Shown here piece by piece: positions 60,190-64,000 of a stretch of DNA of 64,000 nt; within the stretch, counting starts at the first letter, position 1; every line of letters starts with the position of its first letter. The stretch comes from an uncultured Chloroflexia bacterium. GTDB taxonomy: Bacteria; Chloroflexota; Limnocylindria; Limnocylindrales; CSP1-4. The DNA lies in the NCBI GenBank assembly GCA_963748625.1, contig CAVVJT010000007.1, positions 1,248,001 through 1,312,000 on the forward strand, in the 5' to 3' direction. Below the pieces are notes generated by a model. It saw only the letters and a list, made by a program, of their open reading frames with translations. It did no database searches and was not told the DNA's origin. Made by a program: the position numbers and the translations under genes.

Positions 60190-60947
60190 CGGACATCCTT
60201 CATACGGACGACGAGCATCGACCGCTGCCCCGGATCCTGGTGGTCGAGGATGAACGCCCGATGCGCACCGTGCTCCACGATTGTCTCGAACGCCAGGGCT
60301 ATCGCGTGTTGCTCGCGGAAGACGGCGCGGTGGCGCTCGAGCTGGCGTTGCGCGAGAAGCCCGACCTGATCGTGCTCGACATCATGATGCCGCGGCTCGA
60401 TGGACTGGCGGTCTGCGCTGAACTGCGTCGCCTGGCGCGGCGGGTGCCGGTCTTGATGCTCACGGCCAAAGGCACGGTCGAGGATCGGGTGCGCGGACTT
60501 GATGCGGGCGCCGACGATTACCTGGTCAAACCGTTCAGTCGCGAGGAACTGCTCGCGCGCGTGCGGGCGTTGCTCCGTCGGACTGCGCGGAATGGTGCGT
60601 CACTTGGGTGCGTTGCTTTCGGGAATATTCGAATCGACTTTGCGCAACGCCAGGCGTGGCGCGGGACGGAGCCGGTTGCCCTTACGGCGAAGGAATTCGA
60701 GATCTTGCGGCTGTTGCTGGAGCGTCCGGGCGAGGTGATTTCGCGCGAGCGTTTCCTCGATGCGGTCTGGGGTTACACCGCGTTCCCCACGACCCGGACC
60801 GTAGACCGGCACATCGCAACGCTCCGCACCAAGCTCGGCGATGACGCGGAGGAACCGCGCTGGATTCGCACGGTGCATCGGGGTGGTTATCGATTCGAGG
60901 GGTCAATGGTGCGGCCGGGCGAGGGCGAGGACACCGCTGAATCCTGA
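60186..60947 (+). CDS. OmpR/PhoB-family response regulator
   Basis: ILVVEDE, LDIMMP, GADDYLVKPF, RTVDRHIATLRTKL, IRTVHRGGYRF. Confidence 0.95.
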   Translation: MTDILHTDDEHRPLPRILVVEDERPMRTVLHDCLERQGYRVLLAEDGAVALELALREKPDLIVLDIMMPRLDGLAVCAELRRLARRVPVLMLTAKGTVEDRVRGLDAGADDYLVKPFSREELLARVRALLRRTARNGASLGCVAFGNIRIDFAQRQAWRGTEPVALTAKEFEILRLLLERPGEVISRERFLDAVWGYTAFPTTRTVDRHIATLRTKLGDDAEEPRWIRTVHRGGYRFEGSMVRPGEGEDTAES

Positions 60948-60984
60948 GATTCGTTTTGCGGAGGGACATTCACAGAGGGATTTC

Positions 60985-61300
60985 AGGGAACGCGCAGGAG
61001 CGCGTCCCTACCGGGTTGGAAAGCGCCGTTGGATGGGGCTTCGCGGGAAGGACGCAGAGCATGGCGCATTGCATGGATGTGTTTGCTCAAGGGCCAGTCA
61101 GCACGCGCGGCAGCGCGTTCGCACCTGATGGGGAGGGAAGCCGCTCCCGCGGGTCCCTGACATTCGTGGTGGAACCGGTACGCGGTTGCGGTGGGAGATG
61201 CGCACCTCATTACGCTCGGAGTGTTCGGTCACTCTGGACAGGGCGTACGTCGCTGCGGCTGATCTGCGACACAGCCGCGGTCCGGTCGCGTCCCTACCGG
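60985..61300. repeat. Two GTAG-type REP-like elements in the intergenic region
   Basis: cgcgtccctaccgg at 61001 and 61287 (minus strand GGTAGGGACGCG); the first forms the hairpin acgcgc-agga-gcgcgt. Confidence 0.5.
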
Positions 61301-62631
61301 TTGAATGCGCCCTGAGGATCCATCGGCAGCAGGCGCTGCAGTTCCGCCATCAGTCCGCCCCGGTAGATGCGGGGTCGATGTTCGCCCGAGACGAACATGG
61401 CCGATGGAGGCGGACCCGATTTTCGCCAGGCCACGAATCGCCGCAACAGCATGGCTTCCTCCTTCAATTCCCAAATGAACCGGTAAAAGGTGTGCAAGAG
61501 CTCGCGGTCAGCCAGCGTGGTCATCGTTTCGTACAGGGCCTCGAGTTGCTCGCAGCCCTTCAGGAACCGAGGTTCAACCCGGCTCCAATGTGCCGGAGGT
61601 TGCTCGAGCAGCCTCTGGAAATCCTCGAGCCAACGCCGCGCCCGATCTCCATGGCGGTGCGGCAAATACAGGCAGTCCCCCAGCAACTCGAGGTCGGCCA
61701 GAGTGATCTTCCGTTTGCCATGGGTATTCCATTGTCTGAGCCACTCCCGCAGCGCATCCAGATAAGCCTGCCGCGGTTGCCAGGGTCCGCGTGCCCGCGC
61801 GTAAGCCGCGAGGGTATGGATGGGGACATAGTTGGCCTCGAACTCGCAGTTCGGATTGGTCAGGATCCCGGCCACTTCCTTCCTGAGGGCCGGGGATCGG
61901 CCAGAGTAAGGGCCGCAGTAAATCCGGCGCAGATCGTAATCGTTGGCGTGCAGGTTATCCCAGAGGATGGGCTTGCGCCGAAGGACCTTGCGCAGCTCCC
62001 GGATTCCGGCAACGGTGATCTCTTCGGAGATGATTTCCGGACCGGTCCAGAGTATGTCGATCGATTCATCCAGGCGTGTCCCCAGTTCCTTGAGGTACTC
62101 GGACTCGGACACCGCCCCGCCCGCCATTCGCCCGCAGTAAACGGTGGGACAAAAGAGCAATTCGTCACCGCGCGCGACCGTGCGATGCAAATGATTGGCC
62201 ACCTCGGCCTGGGCGCAGGCGGGAGTTTGGAACTTCCTTGCGTCAGCCGAACTCAACCTCAGCGGGAGATCGTCAAACAACAGCGCGAAACCGCGGCAAC
62301 CGGCCGAGCGCAATTGGCGGAGCCTGGCTTGCAGGGCGTCCGCGTCCGCGTCCGAGGCGAAGCGCAGGTCCAGCCCGGGGCCGATTCCGTAGATGAAAGT
62401 GACGCCGTGTCGTCGCGCTTCCCGGATGAGGCGAGTCAACTCCTGGATTTCCGTGGGATCATAGAGTTGCCGCCAGCAGGCCCGGTGTTTGAGATCGTCT
62501 TTGGGCGCGTACAGATACCGGTTCATGCCCCATTGCCGCATCCAGCCGAACAACCGGTGGCGTTGTTCCGCGGACCACGGCCGCCCATAGAACCCTTCCA
62601 CCACGCCGCAACGAAATCCGGGTGTATTCAC
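61294..62631 (-). CDS. GH84 beta-N-acetylglucosaminidase (O-GlcNAcase-like), no signal peptide
   Basis: GVVEGFYGRPWS, YLYAPKDD, FALLFDD, FCPTVY, WTGP, LWDNLHANDYD. Confidence 0.92.
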   Translation of the reverse strand: MNTPGFRCGVVEGFYGRPWSAEQRHRLFGWMRQWGMNRYLYAPKDDLKHRACWRQLYDPTEIQELTRLIREARRHGVTFIYGIGPGLDLRFASDADADALQARLRQLRSAGCRGFALLFDDLPLRLSSADARKFQTPACAQAEVANHLHRTVARGDELLFCPTVYCGRMAGGAVSESEYLKELGTRLDESIDILWTGPEIISEEITVAGIRELRKVLRRKPILWDNLHANDYDLRRIYCGPYSGRSPALRKEVAGILTNPNCEFEANYVPIHTLAAYARARGPWQPRQAYLDALREWLRQWNTHGKRKITLADLELLGDCLYLPHRHGDRARRWLEDFQRLLEQPPAHWSRVEPRFLKGCEQLEALYETMTTLADRELLHTFYRFIWELKEEAMLLRRFVAWRKSGPPPSAMFVSGEHRPRIYRGGLMAELQRLLPMDPQGAFNR

Positions 62632-62924
62632 ACTTTTTCTTTGGGGTCAGATCTCAATATTTGACAATTGCCGGGTGAATCACCGTGCCGTTTCGGTGGC
62701 GGACCGAGCAACACCCGGCCCAGTTGCCAGAGAAAGCTGCCCGCGAGGCCGGTGAGCAGGACGATCAGGATCGCCCAGGGCACGTCCCGCCGGGTGCCGC
62801 CGCCGGAGTACTTGAAGAGCTTGATGGTGACGAAAGCCATTCCGGACAGCGCGCCATAGAGGAAGCCGGCATTCAAGCACCAGGATCGGCGTCGGCGAGG
62901 GCGCGATCGGAAGAACTGTCTCAT
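62628..62924 (-). CDS. Small two-TM membrane protein
   Basis: ATG 1 nt after the lptE stop; two hydrophobic helices; stop overlaps the GH84 start. Confidence 0.55.
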   Translation of the reverse strand: MRQFFRSRPRRRRSWCLNAGFLYGALSGMAFVTIKLFKYSGGGTRRDVPWAILIVLLTGLAGSFLWQLGRVLLGPPPKRHGDSPGNCQILRSDPKEKV

Positions 62925-62925
62925 T

Positions 62926-63526
62926 TCACCAACTGCCTTCGGTGAGCGCGGCGGCGGCCTGCCGGGCCCAGTCCTCGGCGAGCAGGGGCAGGGCCTGGCG
63001 TTCGGCGCTCGGGAGATCATTGCCGACGCGGATGCTGGTTCGCCCGGTCAGTGGACGGTCGACGAGCGTCCGACCGCTGAGTGCGATCCACGGCGGTTAG
63101 TTGGACGGTGAGGCGGAGTTCATAGTCCGTCACCGTGATCACGTCGGTGGGTTGAAAGGCGAGCGGGCGGCGTTCAAAACGGGTGATCACGCCGCCGACG
63201 TGCACATCGCTGTCGCCGGTGGTGCGGAGGCGGTAGGAACCGTCGCGCTGCAGTTCCTGGCGCAAGGCATGACTCAGGGCCTCGGGCAAGCCCGGTTCGA
63301 TCGTGCGGTTCTCGAAATACCGCACCTGGATGGATCGTCCCGCGGTCAACTCCGGGTTGGTCGGGCCGAGGCGATACCCGCGACAACCCGTGACCCACAA
63401 CAGGACGAGGACCAAGCCGCTCCAAAGGGCAGGCTCGTGCCGAAATCGCGAGCCGACGCCGGGGCACCCTCGCCGTCGGTTTGGGCGAAGGCTATGAAAC
63501 CAACGGCTGTTCGCGGTCAGAGACAT
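62926..63526 (-). CDS. lptE: LPS assembly lipoprotein LptE, frameshifted near the 3' end
   Basis: Lipobox VTGC-RGYRLG, IQVRYFENRTIEPGL; the second frame ends SAERQALPLLAEDWARQ..EGSW; follows bamD. Confidence 0.75.
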
Positions 63527-63548
63527 GGCGGGCGCGGGTTCGAGTCCG

Positions 63549-64000
63549 CTAACGTTGGGCGGTCTGCTGGGTGTGTCGGCTGCGGATCTCTTCGATCTTG
63601 AGTTTGGCTTCTTGCGCGTAAGGTGAATTGGGATCCTTGACCAGCACTTCGTTGTAGTAGATGAGGGCGCCGTTCCAGCGTTTTTTCTTTTCGTAATAGC
63701 GTGCGGTGACGAAGGAGCCGCGGGCCTGCTCGGTTTTGAGTTCGGCAGATCATGGCCTGGGCTTCGGCCGTTCGCGGATCAGTGGGATAGAGCGCCAGGA
63801 AATCGGTGAAGGTCGCAATCGCCTGGGCCGCCACGCTTTGATCGTAATCCGCTTTCTTCGCCTGCTTGAAGTAGGCACGCCCGGCCTTGAACAGGGCTTC
63901 GGCGGCCACCGTCGCGGTTGTCGAAGTACCGGTCCGCCGCCGTGGTATACGCCGTGACCGCCTCCCGGAAAGGATCCGTCTTGTTGAAGAACGAGGATTG
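63549..64000 (-). CDS. bamD: Outer membrane protein assembly factor BamD, partial and frameshifted
   Basis: YDQSVAAQAIATFTDFLALYPTDPR; ARYYEKKKRWNGALIYYNEVL. Confidence 0.8.

Overview
The window appears to join two unrelated genomes at about 53,245. The left part (1-53.2 kb) is very GC-rich and looks monoderm (Chloroflexota/Limnocylindria- or actinobacteria-like; inference). Positions 1-23.7 kb form an accessory region: a GGDEF/HD-GYP gene, TetR- and ROK-regulated units, several deletion-scar gene remnants, and a DesK/DesR-type two-component system. Five neighbouring promoters share one multi-box architecture. Two diverged copies of a tRNA 3' end with conserved flanks (23.8 and 26.1 kb) mark att-like junctions. 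They are followed by a >27 kb integrative element. It carries a zinc-finger/excisionase-like gene and a defence block (HEPN-motif ORF, type I R-M, PD-(D/E)xK ORF, Schlafen/AlbA_2-HATPase, ClpP-fold protease, DUF6119-like ORF). It also carries the most unusual feature: one operon with two toxin-less double-Phd regulators, T4SS-type genes (VirB2-like, VirB6-like, PrgI/VirB3-like) and a Tad/Flp pilus set, with PrgI fused in frame to a CpaE/TadZ-like ATPase. The right part (53.2-64 kb) is from a diderm, probably Verrucomicrobiota (inference). It contains an aldolase, an amidohydrolase-CBM9 fusion, a TPR/ExbD mosaic protein, an OmpR-type two-component system, an animal-like GH84 O-GlcNAcase, lptE and bamD. 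Many frameshifts cluster in patches and are probably long-read errors. All family calls come from motif recognition by eye; no searches were run.
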